Shown here: one piece after another, positions 37,548 to 46,041 of the stretch
How the letters are laid out: each line of letters opens with the position of its first letter
Position numbering within the stretch: position 1 is the first letter of the stretch
The notes under the pieces: model-generated
What the model was told of the DNA's origin: nothing
The model's database searches: none
The model's input: only the letters and a program-made list of their open reading frames with translations
Translations under genes and position numbers: made by a program
From: an uncultured Syntrophaceae bacterium
GTDB lineage: Bacteria > Desulfobacterota > BSN033 > UBA1163
NCBI GenBank assembly: GCA_964390545.1
Contig: CAYMJV010000004.1
Location: 8,476-72,475 of the forward strand
Direction: 5' to 3'
Length of the DNA: 64,000 nt

Positions 37548-39884
37548 CTATTTCTTCTCCTCCTCCCGTGCTGCCGGGAGGGTGATGATGAAAGTCACTC
37601 CCTCTCCAGGGCGATTGTCCACTTCAATGAAGCCCTGATGGGAGACGATGATCTTGTAGACGAAGGGCAAGCCCAGACCCAATCCGGATTCTTTTGTAGA
37701 GTAGAAGGGGTTGAAGATATTGTGGAGATTCTCAGGATCGATCCCGCTTCCCGTATCCTCTACTTCGATCCGGACAAAAGTGGAACCATTCTTCGTAACA
37801 GGACGGACACGGAGAGAGAGCGCTCCTTTCCCCTTCATGGCTTCATAGGCATTGTTGAAGAGATTGGAGAAAACCTGTATGAGCTGCCGGTGATCTCCCT
37901 TGACTTTTGGAATCCCTTCCGGGTATTCCTTGGTGAGTTTGACTTCTCCGCCATTAAGGTCTTTTGAGACCATTGAGAAGCTTTCTTCCAGAATTTCCTG
38001 CAGGTCTACCTCTCCAAAGGTCAGGGACTCCTTCTGGGTATAGTCTAAGAGGTCACTGAGAATTCTCTCCAGCCTGGAGACCTCAATCATGATTGTTTGG
38101 GTATATCGTTTTTCCGGGGCCTCGTCCGGAACGGACCGATAGAGACGGCGCGCAAACCCACCGATGGAGACGAGGGGGTTCCTGATTTCATGAGCGACGG
38201 TGGAGGAAAGTTCCCCCAGCGCAGCCATCTTTTCCTGATGGACGAGAAAAGTCTGGGTCTCTTTGAGCCTCTGATGGACCTCCTCCAGATTGCGGTAGAG
38301 GATGGCATTTTCAATGGCCAATCCTGCCTGAGTGGAGAACATGGTCAGAATTTTGATATCCTCATCTGTGATCGGATTTTGGTTGTAAAGGTTATCCACC
38401 AAGATAACCCCGATGACCTTTCCCTTTCCCCATAGGGGAACCGTGGCAAAGGAGTATACCCTGGGATCTCGACTCAGATGCTCTCCGACATGGCATCCGA
38501 CTTCCGAACCCAAATGGCAACCTCTTTCACACGCGGGTTGAATCCAGGCCCCCTCCGATCGAGGAAATCGAATGTTAAATGGTCTTCCCTCAAGAACTGT
38601 TTTTGACAGAATACAGTCTTCCAGTTCAAGTGGAATGTGGATTCCCTTAACGATGGTATTCAAAGCGGAATTTTTGTCTTTAGAGAGATCGAGGTGGCCG
38701 ATCAAGTCTGAAAGAATCCCTTTCTCTTTGGAAAGGGTTGTCCAGATTCTCCCCGCCTCTTCGGCATTATCGGGCCCCACCGCCATTGTTCCTTCAAGAG
38801 ATCGGCTCTTCTCATTAACCATGAAGAGCATGGCTCGATTAAAGCCCAATCCTGCACCGATCGTGATGGCCGTTAGGGTCATCTGAATAATGTGCTCGAA
38901 ATTGACCGTGGTCAGAAGGGCCTTGCTGAGTTCCCAAAGAATGGTCAGTTCTCTGACCCTCTTCTCATTCTCCCAGGCCAGCTGGGACGTTTTATAATGG
39001 GTCAACGCATTCTCAATGGCAAAGGACATCTGGTTTGCCATGGTCAGCAGCAATTGGAAATCCCTTTCATCGAATTTGGAAGGATCGGTCTCCTTATCGT
39101 AGAAGGCCAGGGTCCCCAAAATCCTTTCTTTGGAACGGAGAGGAACACAGAGGATGGAGTGAATGGGATTGTCCATCCCGGAGTGATTGAGGAGAAAAGG
39201 GGTTTGAGTCATGAGAACCCTTTTGGCGATCTTCTCGTCAAGGAGATGCTGGGAGTAGTCTCCCAAACTCCACTGAACCTTTAACTCCTTGGTCGTCTTG
39301 TCTTCAACTCTCAAGACGCCCCCCTTGGCCTGAAGGATTTTCAAGCCGGTTTTGACGATCGACTCGAGGAGTTCTTCTAACTTCAAGGTGGAAGTGGCCA
39401 CCTTTCCCATCTCATGGAGCGCCGTCAATTCAGACGAGGTCTGTCCCACTTTTTGTTGGAGATGAGAAAGCTGAATAGCCTCTCCCATTTCCTTTGTGAC
39501 GAGGACAAGAAGATCCATCTCTTGCGGGGACAACGTTCGGTTCTTGGGGAAACCGATATAGAGGGTTCCCTGGAAGGTGTCCTTGTCAAAAAGAGGAAGA
39601 CAGGCAAAGGGTGGGCGGACTAACTCCTTCTCTTTCGGATGGACCTGTTCCTGAGGGAGGGAGGATTCCTCTTTGATCCAAAAAGGTTTATTTTCTGAGG
39701 CGAGCCGCCAGAGAAATCCATTTTCGACGATCTTTTCTCGCCTCAGAAGAAGGGTTTGATCCGCCCCAAAAGCTTCATTGATCGCTTGGAGCATCTGGTC
39801 CAATTTATCCTTGATCGGAAGAGAGGTGGTGGAGAGATGGATAATCTTTGTCAGAAGCTCATAGGCATCGGGATGGTCAGACAT
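37548..39884 (-). CDS. cytoplasmic sensor histidine kinase with three GAF-like domains
   Basis: 778 aa with no TM segment. H-box VAHEIRNPL, N-box NLFNNAYEA, and G-boxes DTGSGI / GLGLGL are present. Confidence 0.9.
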   Translation of the reverse strand: MSDHPDAYELLTKIIHLSTTSLPIKDKLDQMLQAINEAFGADQTLLLRREKIVENGFLWRLASENKPFWIKEESSLPQEQVHPKEKELVRPPFACLPLFDKDTFQGTLYIGFPKNRTLSPQEMDLLVLVTKEMGEAIQLSHLQQKVGQTSSELTALHEMGKVATSTLKLEELLESIVKTGLKILQAKGGVLRVEDKTTKELKVQWSLGDYSQHLLDEKIAKRVLMTQTPFLLNHSGMDNPIHSILCVPLRSKERILGTLAFYDKETDPSKFDERDFQLLLTMANQMSFAIENALTHYKTSQLAWENEKRVRELTILWELSKALLTTVNFEHIIQMTLTAITIGAGLGFNRAMLFMVNEKSRSLEGTMAVGPDNAEEAGRIWTTLSKEKGILSDLIGHLDLSKDKNSALNTIVKGIHIPLELEDCILSKTVLEGRPFNIRFPRSEGAWIQPACERGCHLGSEVGCHVGEHLSRDPRVYSFATVPLWGKGKVIGVILVDNLYNQNPITDEDIKILTMFSTQAGLAIENAILYRNLEEVHQRLKETQTFLVHQEKMAALGELSSTVAHEIRNPLVSIGGFARRLYRSVPDEAPEKRYTQTIMIEVSRLERILSDLLDYTQKESLTFGEVDLQEILEESFSMVSKDLNGGEVKLTKEYPEGIPKVKGDHRQLIQVFSNLFNNAYEAMKGKGALSLRVRPVTKNGSTFVRIEVEDTGSGIDPENLHNIFNPFYSTKESGLGLGLPFVYKIIVSHQGFIEVDNRPGEGVTFIITLPAAREEEKK

Positions 39885-39890
39885 GGCGAA

Positions 39891-40886
39891 CTACTTTGCC
39901 TCTCTCAAATACTCCGCAGCCTCTTCAGGAGGGGTCGGGTTGATGTAAAACCCCGTCCCCCATTCAAACCCAGCAACCTTGGTCAGCTTGGGCATGATTT
40001 CGAAATGCCAATGGTAATGCTCTGCTTCCAATCCCGAAAAGGAGGAGGTGTGAATCACGTAGTTATAGGGCGGGTCGTTCAGAACCCGATTCATCCTGCT
40101 GAGCGTCTCGGAAAGGATCTGGGCAGCCTGCTCATAGAGGGAGGAATTCATATGCTCATAACTGGAGTAATGGGTTTTGGGAAGAATCCATGTCTCAAAG
40201 GGAAATCGAGAAGCAAAAGGAGCCACCGAGATGAAGGCATTATTTTCGAGGATGAGGCGGCTCTTCTGTTGAATCTCCTGGCGGATGATATCACAGAAGA
40301 CGCACCGGTCTTTATAATTGAAATAATTTTTCGCCCCCTCGATCTCTTCAACCACTCGCCTGGGGATGATGGGGAGAGCGATGATCTGGGAGTGGGAATG
40401 TTCCAGAGAAGCCCCTGCTGCCACTCCATGGTTCTTAAATACGAGAACATATCGGAGCCGTTGATCATTCTTGAGATCGGCAATCCGGTCTCGGTAGGCT
40501 GTCAGGACATGTGCTACCCCCTTGAGACGCATGGTGGCCAAGGTTTCATGGTGGCGGGGTGTTTCAATGACCACCTCGTGGGCCCCGATTCCGTTCATCT
40601 TGTCGTAGATCCCCTCGCCTTCACGATTTAAATCTCCTTCGATCCGGAGGGCCGGGAACTTATTGGACACGACACGAAGTGTCCATCCAGGGGAGTTCGG
40701 TGGAGTCCCGTTATCCCTGTAGGCAATGATCTCCGGTGGCGTCCGATCTTCATTCCCCTCACAGAGGGGACAAAAACCACCCATCGGCTTTCGCTCTTCG
40801 GGCACGAAATCCGAGGGTCTCCTGCTTCTCTCGGTGGAGATGATCACCCATCTTCCGTGTATTGGATCTTTTCTCAGTTCGGGCAT
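39891..40886 (-). CDS. galT: galactose-1-phosphate uridylyltransferase (HIT-type)
   Basis: CPLCEGNE zinc motif and the HSHSQII active-site motif. Its stop is 6 nt before the kinase start. Confidence 0.85.
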   Translation of the reverse strand: MPELRKDPIHGRWVIISTERSRRPSDFVPEERKPMGGFCPLCEGNEDRTPPEIIAYRDNGTPPNSPGWTLRVVSNKFPALRIEGDLNREGEGIYDKMNGIGAHEVVIETPRHHETLATMRLKGVAHVLTAYRDRIADLKNDQRLRYVLVFKNHGVAAGASLEHSHSQIIALPIIPRRVVEEIEGAKNYFNYKDRCVFCDIIRQEIQQKSRLILENNAFISVAPFASRFPFETWILPKTHYSSYEHMNSSLYEQAAQILSETLSRMNRVLNDPPYNYVIHTSSFSGLEAEHYHWHFEIMPKLTKVAGFEWGTGFYINPTPPEEAAEYLREAK

Positions 40887-40910
40887 GAAAGGTCTTCTTT
40901 CTGGTAGAAT

Positions 40911-41309
40911 CTAGGAGGGAAAGCTACTTTTGACCTTTGTCCCCCTCTGTCGCTCGACCCGTTCTTGATCCTCTCTTTCGGTCTTGCATTCGATGCACAA
41001 AGTGGTGACCGGTCTGGCCATCAGTCTCTTTTCCGAGATGGGCCTTCCGCAAGATTCGCAGATGCCAAAGGTCCCATCGTCGATCCGATCCATAGCTTCC
41101 TTCACCTTTTGGATCAGTTTCCTTTCGCGGTCCTTGATCCTCAGAAGGAAATTTCGATCCGATTCCAAGGAGGCTCGATCCGTCGGATCGGGGAAGTCCC
41201 CATCATTCTCATGACGCATGTCACTGCATGCCTTTCCCGCTTCTTCCACAAGGTCATGAAGCCTTCCTTCAAGCAGTCCTTTAAAATAAAGAAGTTTCTC
41301 TTGATCCAT
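40911..41309 (-). CDS. DksA/TraR-family C4 zinc-finger protein
   Basis: CESCGRPISEKRLMARPVTTLCIECK preceded by a coiled-coil region. Confidence 0.8.
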   Translation of the reverse strand: MDQEKLLYFKGLLEGRLHDLVEEAGKACSDMRHENDGDFPDPTDRASLESDRNFLLRIKDRERKLIQKVKEAMDRIDDGTFGICESCGRPISEKRLMARPVTTLCIECKTEREDQERVERQRGTKVKSSFPS

Positions 41310-41433
41310 CTAAAAGCTCCTCCAGGAAAATTCAGACTCCCCAAAAGGAGGAGAAGTCTTTTTAAGTTCAATCAACAAATCATAATATATTTTTTCAAAA
41401 CAAATCAAATGATAAATGGGGGGCGACCTTGTC

Positions 41434-42402
41434 TCAGGAAACAAAATGGCAAGCGACGAGATGGGCCTCTCCTTCATCGAGGAGAACAGGTTCATCGGAC
41501 TGGCACTTCTCTTTCGAGTGGGGGCATCTGGGTTGAAAGTAACATCCTCTTTGTGAAGGGAGGATCCGGGGTTCTTCCTTGGCAAGAGCCTCTTCCTTTC
41601 TCTGAGCAGGATCGAGTTTTGGAATGGCCCTGAGCAAGAGCTGAGTGTAGGGATGGAGGGGACGGCGGAAAAGATCCTCTCCAAAAGCCATCTCCACGAT
41701 CTTTCCCATATACATCACAGCAATTCGATCACTGATGTGTTTGACGATTCGAAGGTCATGGGAGATGAAGAGATAGGTGAGACCTAATTGATCTCGAAGA
41801 TCCATCAGGAGGTTAAGGATCTGGGCCTGGATCGAGACGTCCAAGGCAGAGACGGGTTCATCCGCGACGATCAAATCGGGATGAAGGGAAACAGCCCGGG
41901 CGATGCCGATCCTCTGGCGCTGTCCTCCACTGAACTCATGGGGATAACGGAATGCATCCTGGGGATGGAGCCCAACGTGCTCAAGAAGTTCTGAAACCCT
42001 CCGAATCTTTTCTTTCCCCTGGGCTACGTGATGGACTTCCAGACCCTCTCCTACAATCTCTCCTACTTTCATCCTGGGATTGAGGGATTCATAAGGGTCC
42101 TGGAAGATGAATTGCATGGAAGGTCTTAATTTCCTCATGGACTCCCGATCGGTGCGAAGAATATCTTGACCTTTGAAGAAGACGTGTCCGGAGGTGGGTT
42201 CGATCAACCTCAGGATAGACTTCCCTGCAGTCGTCTTACCGCAGCCGCTCTCTCCAACCAATCCAAGAGTCTCTCCTTTCTGGAGGACAAAGGAGACACC
42301 ATCCACCGCCCGAATCGGTTTCTTGTCCGAAGAGAAAAGACGTTCCCGGTAGAAATACTTTTTTAAATCTCGAACCTGAAGGAGAAAGTCGTTATTCGAC
42401 AT
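41434..42402 (-). CDS. ABC peptide transporter ATPase (OppF-like), second importer
   Basis: [16 protein letters not shown] and VADEP motifs. The ATG at 42402 ([13 protein letters not shown]) is used because the tracked N-terminal extension to 42717 is a translated repeat element. Confidence 0.85.
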   Translation of the reverse strand: MSNNDFLLQVRDLKKYFYRERLFSSDKKPIRAVDGVSFVLQKGETLGLVGESGCGKTTAGKSILRLIEPTSGHVFFKGQDILRTDRESMRKLRPSMQFIFQDPYESLNPRMKVGEIVGEGLEVHHVAQGKEKIRRVSELLEHVGLHPQDAFRYPHEFSGGQRQRIGIARAVSLHPDLIVADEPVSALDVSIQAQILNLLMDLRDQLGLTYLFISHDLRIVKHISDRIAVMYMGKIVEMAFGEDLFRRPLHPYTQLLLRAIPKLDPAQRKEEALAKEEPRILPSQRGCYFQPRCPHSKEKCQSDEPVLLDEGEAHLVACHFVS

Positions 42403-42432
42403 ATATATCCATCCATGCCAAGAACAATGCGT

Positions 42433-42565
42433 CCAAAATTCCAAATCACAAATTCCAAATCCCAAATAAGCACCAAATTCCAAATTCAAATGACCAAAAA
42501 GATTTTGTTTCGAATTTGGTTGATTGGGATTTATTTGAGATTTGGTGCTTGGAATTTGGTGCTTC
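42433..42565. repeat. periodic-arm palindromic element (CCAAAT/ATTTGG family)
   Basis: ...AATTCCAAATCCCAAATAAGCACCAAATTCCAAATTC... / ...GAATTTGGTTGATTGGGATTTATTTGAGATTTGGTGCTTGGAATTTGGTGCTT. It fills the oppD2-oppF2 gap. Confidence 0.8.
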
Positions 42566-42628
42566 CATATCGCTATGCTCCATGCCCTATGCCTTTTTGT
42601 TTCGTATTCCGAATTCCGCAATCCGCAA

Positions 42629-43621
42629 TCAACAACAATCTTTCCATCGAATGCAACGGCTGAAATGGTCTCCATTGACTTGAAAGAGAGGAGGTTCCTC
42701 CTTCTTGCAATCTTCAATCATCAGATAACACCTCGGATGGAACTTGCAGCCTACAGGGAAGTCCATAGGGTTTGGGACCTGACCTGGAATAGTATCGAGC
42801 CTCTTTTTCCTTTCCGTCAGAGAAGGAATCGAATTCATGAGCCCCCTGGTGTAGGGATTGCGCATCTCTTCAAAGATAGCTTCAATGGGACCGTATTCAA
42901 AAATCCTTCCCGCATACATCACGGCTACCCGGTCGGCTATTTCTGAGACCACTCCAAGGTCATGGGTGATCAACATCACCGCCATTCCCATCTCCCTCTG
43001 GATCTCTTTAAGCAGGCGGAGGACCTGGGCCTGAGTCGTTACATCGAGTGCCGTGGTGGGTTCGTCGGCAATCAGGAGTTTCGGTTGACAGGAAAGGGCC
43101 ATAGCGATCATTGCCCTCTGCCTCATGCCTCCGCTTAGTTGATGAGGGTAGGCATCAATCCTCGTCTCAGGAGAGGGGATTTGGACCCGATCGAGCATCT
43201 CAATCGTCCTCTTTCTGGCCTCTGTCCTGTCGACACCCTGATGGAGCGTGATGGCCTCCATGATCTGATCTCCTATGGTAAAGACCGGATTGAGCGAGGT
43301 CATCGGTTCCTGGAAGATCATGGAGATGTCATTCCCTCTCACCCGCTCCATCTCTTTTTCTTCCAATTGCAATAGGTTCCTTCCATCGAAGAGGATCTCG
43401 CCATTGACGATTCGACCGGGCGGAGTGGGAATGAGCTTCAGGATAGAGAGGCCGGTCACGCTCTTTCCGCACCCAGATTCACCCACAAGGCTGAGGATCT
43501 CTCCCGCATGAATTTCGAAGCTGACATTTTCAACAGCTCTGACCACTCCGTCTTCCGTGAAGAAATGGGTGGACAGAGACCGAACTTCAAGTAGGGGGGT
43601 TTTTTGTGAAGAGGAATTCAT
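42629..43621 (-). CDS. ABC peptide transporter ATPase (OppD-like), second importer
   Basis: [15 protein letters not shown] and IADEP motifs. The start ([16 protein letters not shown]) was placed from the tracked ORF frame, and the extension to 43681 is a translated repeat. Confidence 0.85.
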   Translation of the reverse strand: MNSSSQKTPLLEVRSLSTHFFTEDGVVRAVENVSFEIHAGEILSLVGESGCGKSVTGLSILKLIPTPPGRIVNGEILFDGRNLLQLEEKEMERVRGNDISMIFQEPMTSLNPVFTIGDQIMEAITLHQGVDRTEARKRTIEMLDRVQIPSPETRIDAYPHQLSGGMRQRAMIAMALSCQPKLLIADEPTTALDVTTQAQVLRLLKEIQREMGMAVMLITHDLGVVSEIADRVAVMYAGRIFEYGPIEAIFEEMRNPYTRGLMNSIPSLTERKKRLDTIPGQVPNPMDFPVGCKFHPRCYLMIEDCKKEEPPLFQVNGDHFSRCIRWKDCC

Positions 43622-43630
43622 TTTCGCTCC

Positions 43631-43900
43631 AAAGAATGTCAAATGACAAAATCCAAATGTCAAATAAATTCCAAAACCCAAATTTCAAAACCCCTCACCC
43701 CAACCCTCTCCCCTGAGAGACTGTGTCGTAATGTCATTCTGAGGCGTTAGCCGAAGAATCTCTGTTTTCTAACTTGTTGATTCTATGAGATTCTTCACTT
43801 CGTTCAGAATGACAAACATGGCATCTCCCTCATTACGACACAGTCTCTGAGGGGAGAGGATAAAGGTGAGGAGGAAATTTGAACTTTGAGCTTTGACATT
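43631..43900. repeat. composite nested palindrome (three families, one inside another)
   Basis: Outer CAAAT-type arms lie at 43631-43690 and 43874-43900. Middle arms are CCTCACCCCAACCCTCTCCCCTGAGAGACTGTGTCGTAATG (43691-43733) and its complement (43831-43873). The inner pair is GTCATTCTGAGGCGTTAGCCGAAGAATCTC / GAGATTCTTCACTTCGTTCAGAATGAC (43733-43813). Confidence 0.8.
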
Positions 43901-43911
43901 AATCTTATCCA

Positions 43912-44760
43912 TTATCTTCTTCCTCTTAGTCTCGGATCGAGGGCATCCCTCAACCCCTCCCCCAGCAGATTAAAGGAGAGAACGGTGACGAGAATGGCGA
44001 GCCCGGGAAAGATGGTCAACCACCAAGCATCGAAGATGTAAGTCCTCCCTTCGGTGAGGATGTTTCCCCAACTGGGAGCAGGGGGCTGAGCGCCAAATCC
44101 GAGGAAGCTCAGACCCGCTTCCACCAGAATGGCTGTGGCCACATCGAGGGTTGCGGTAACGAAGACAGGCGCGAGGGCATTCGGAAGAATGTGCCGGAAG
44201 ATGATCCTGAGATCTCTCACACCAAGCGCCTGGGCCGCCTGAACAAAATCCCTCTCTCTCAAGGAGAGAAATTCTGCCCGGACGAATCTGGAAGTTCCCA
44301 TCCAGGAGGTGATGCCAATGACGAACATGACCTTCAAAAGGCTCGGGCCGAGAAGAGCGACGACGGTCAAAATGAGGAAGAAGGATGGAAAGCAGATCAT
44401 GATATCGACGAAACGCATCAGAAGGGAGTCTACCCATCCACCGTAGTATCCTGCTAAGGCGCCCACGAGGATGCCGATGAGGATGGAAATGGCAACGGCG
44501 ACGAATCCCACAGAAAGGGAGATCCGGGATCCGTAAAGCATCCGGCTGAAGACATCCCTCCCTAATTGATCGGTTCCTAAGACATGCTGAGAGGAGGGAG
44601 GTTGTAATTTGAGAGAGACCTCAGTCTTTCCGGGATCGTGGGGGGCCATCAAGGACGCAAAGCCCGCGATCAAAAAGGTGATCACGATGACGGCCAAACC
44701 TCCGACCGCTAATTTGTTTTTTTTGAAATATCGCCAGAAGGTTTTCTTTTGTGTGTCCAT
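43912..44760 (-). CDS. ABC peptide transporter permease (OppC-like), second importer
   Basis: LGTDQLGRDVFSRMLYG motif in a multi-TM protein. Confidence 0.9.
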   Translation of the reverse strand: MDTQKKTFWRYFKKNKLAVGGLAVIVITFLIAGFASLMAPHDPGKTEVSLKLQPPSSQHVLGTDQLGRDVFSRMLYGSRISLSVGFVAVAISILIGILVGALAGYYGGWVDSLLMRFVDIMICFPSFFLILTVVALLGPSLLKVMFVIGITSWMGTSRFVRAEFLSLRERDFVQAAQALGVRDLRIIFRHILPNALAPVFVTATLDVATAILVEAGLSFLGFGAQPPAPSWGNILTEGRTYIFDAWWLTIFPGLAILVTVLSFNLLGEGLRDALDPRLRGRR

Positions 44761-44812
44761 AAATTATTTCAAAATCTCAGGGTAACCTTCTCAAAGCCAT
44801 TTGATTTCTTAA

Positions 44813-44950
44813 CTTCAAATTCCAAATCCCAAATTACAAATCCCAAATAAATCCCAAACCCCAATTTCCAAATAACCAAAACAATTCTTTAGAGTTTTGG
44901 AATTGGTCAACTGGAATTTATTTGTTATTTGGTGCTTGGGATTTGTAATT
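44813..44950. repeat. periodic-arm palindromic element (CCAAAT family)
   Basis: TTCAAATTCCAAATCCCAAATTACAAATCCCAAATAAATCCC... / ...GGAATTTATTTGTTATTTGGTGCTTGGGATTTGTAATTT. Confidence 0.8.
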
Positions 44951-44959
44951 TTCATTCAT

Positions 44960-45919
44960 TTATCCATATCTTATTCTGGGATCCGCCACTCCATAAAGGA
45001 TGTCGGCTATAAAATTTCCAATCAGTGTGAGGACGGCCGAAATCGTAAGAATGGTCATCACCACAGGATAGTCCCTAGCAAGCACCGCCTGATAGGCGAG
45101 TCTTCCGATTCCGGGCCAGGCGAAAACGGTCTCGATGATAATCGAGCCACCGATCAGGCTCGGGATGAGAAATCCGAAGATGGTGATGATCGGGAGAAGG
45201 GCATTCCGAAGGCCGTGTTTATAATAGACCGTTTCCTCAGGAACGCCTTTGGCCTTGGCCGTCCGGATGTAATCCTGGCGAATCACCTCAAGCATGCTTG
45301 AGCGAGTGTATCTGGAAACGGCCGCAATGCCACCGATCGCCATAATGATCGATGGAAGCATGAGATGCCAGAAGCGATCCAGAATGATCTCGGTCGTTGT
45401 GAAGTCCTCGGTTACAAAGGATCTCATCCCAAGAACCGGATAACCGAAGAGTTTCACCGTGCCGAGGATGAGAAGATAGGCGAGCCAGAATCCAGGGATG
45501 GAGATTCCGAGATAGGCTCCAAAAGTCCCGAGATGATCCAAGAGGCTATACTGTCGCTTGGCTGAAAAGACACCAAGGGGGATCGCCAGAGAAAAGATGA
45601 TCAGGGTGGCCACGAGATTAAGGAGAAGTGTGTTCCAGATCCTTTCCCCGATCTTTTTCAGAACCGGCCTTCCATCCTTAAAAGAGTAAAGTTTTCCCGT
45701 GACCAGGCGCTGGATCCATAAGAAATATTGCTGATAGAGGGGTTTATCTAGGTCATAATTCTTCTTCATCTGTTCGATGATCTTAGGGGAGACTTTTGGG
45801 TCCAGGGTAAGGGCTACCGGGCTTCCGGGTGCCTGGGTGATGATCACCCAGGAGATGATGCTGATCCCGATCAGGGTGATGAACATATAAAGGATACGCT
45901 TTAGAAGGTACTGAGCCAT
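44960..45919 (-). CDS. ABC peptide transporter permease (OppB-like), second importer
   Basis: Multi-TM protein with TAKAKGVPEETVYYKHGLRNALLP. Confidence 0.9.
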   Translation of the reverse strand: MAQYLLKRILYMFITLIGISIISWVIITQAPGSPVALTLDPKVSPKIIEQMKKNYDLDKPLYQQYFLWIQRLVTGKLYSFKDGRPVLKKIGERIWNTLLLNLVATLIIFSLAIPLGVFSAKRQYSLLDHLGTFGAYLGISIPGFWLAYLLILGTVKLFGYPVLGMRSFVTEDFTTTEIILDRFWHLMLPSIIMAIGGIAAVSRYTRSSMLEVIRQDYIRTAKAKGVPEETVYYKHGLRNALLPIITIFGFLIPSLIGGSIIIETVFAWPGIGRLAYQAVLARDYPVVMTILTISAVLTLIGNFIADILYGVADPRIRYG

Positions 45920-45933
45920 CTTTCCAGAAACCT

Positions 45934-46033
45934 CAATGCAAATTGCAAATTGTAAAATGCAAAATGATAAGTGGACTAAAATTCATAAATTCAATCTGCA
46001 TTTTTCAATGTTAATTTTGCAATGTTCAATGAT
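45934..46033. repeat. periodic-arm palindromic element (GCAAAT/TTGCAAT variant)
   Basis: CAATGCAAATTGCAAATTGTAAAATGCAAAATG... / ...CATTTTTCAATGTTAATTTTGCAATGTTCAATG. Confidence 0.7.
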
Positions 46034-46041
46034 GTTTGATC

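Noticed and set aside
39756-40631. 291-aa ORF on the plus strand
   Set aside because: It is entirely antisense to galT and the kinase 5' end, both of which have clear family motifs. It has no SD and no recognisable domain, with an Arg/Gly/Pro-rich mirror-frame composition.
40965-41633. 222-aa plus-strand ORF, with similar antisense ORFs at 47035-47658, 57188-57757, 53852-54367 and 15187-15774
   Set aside because: All lie opposite well-supported genes (dksA-like/oppF2, oppA2, leuA, asd, glycosidase-like). None has recognisable domains. They are treated as shadow ORFs.
42403-42717. N-terminal 105-aa extension of the OppF-like ORF, and the 20-aa extension of the OppD-like ORF at 43622-43681
   Set aside because: The extensions translate the CCAAAT-type repeat (IPSTKSQINPNQPNSKQ.., [15 protein letters not shown]). 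Conserved ABC N-termini begin at the internal ATGs.
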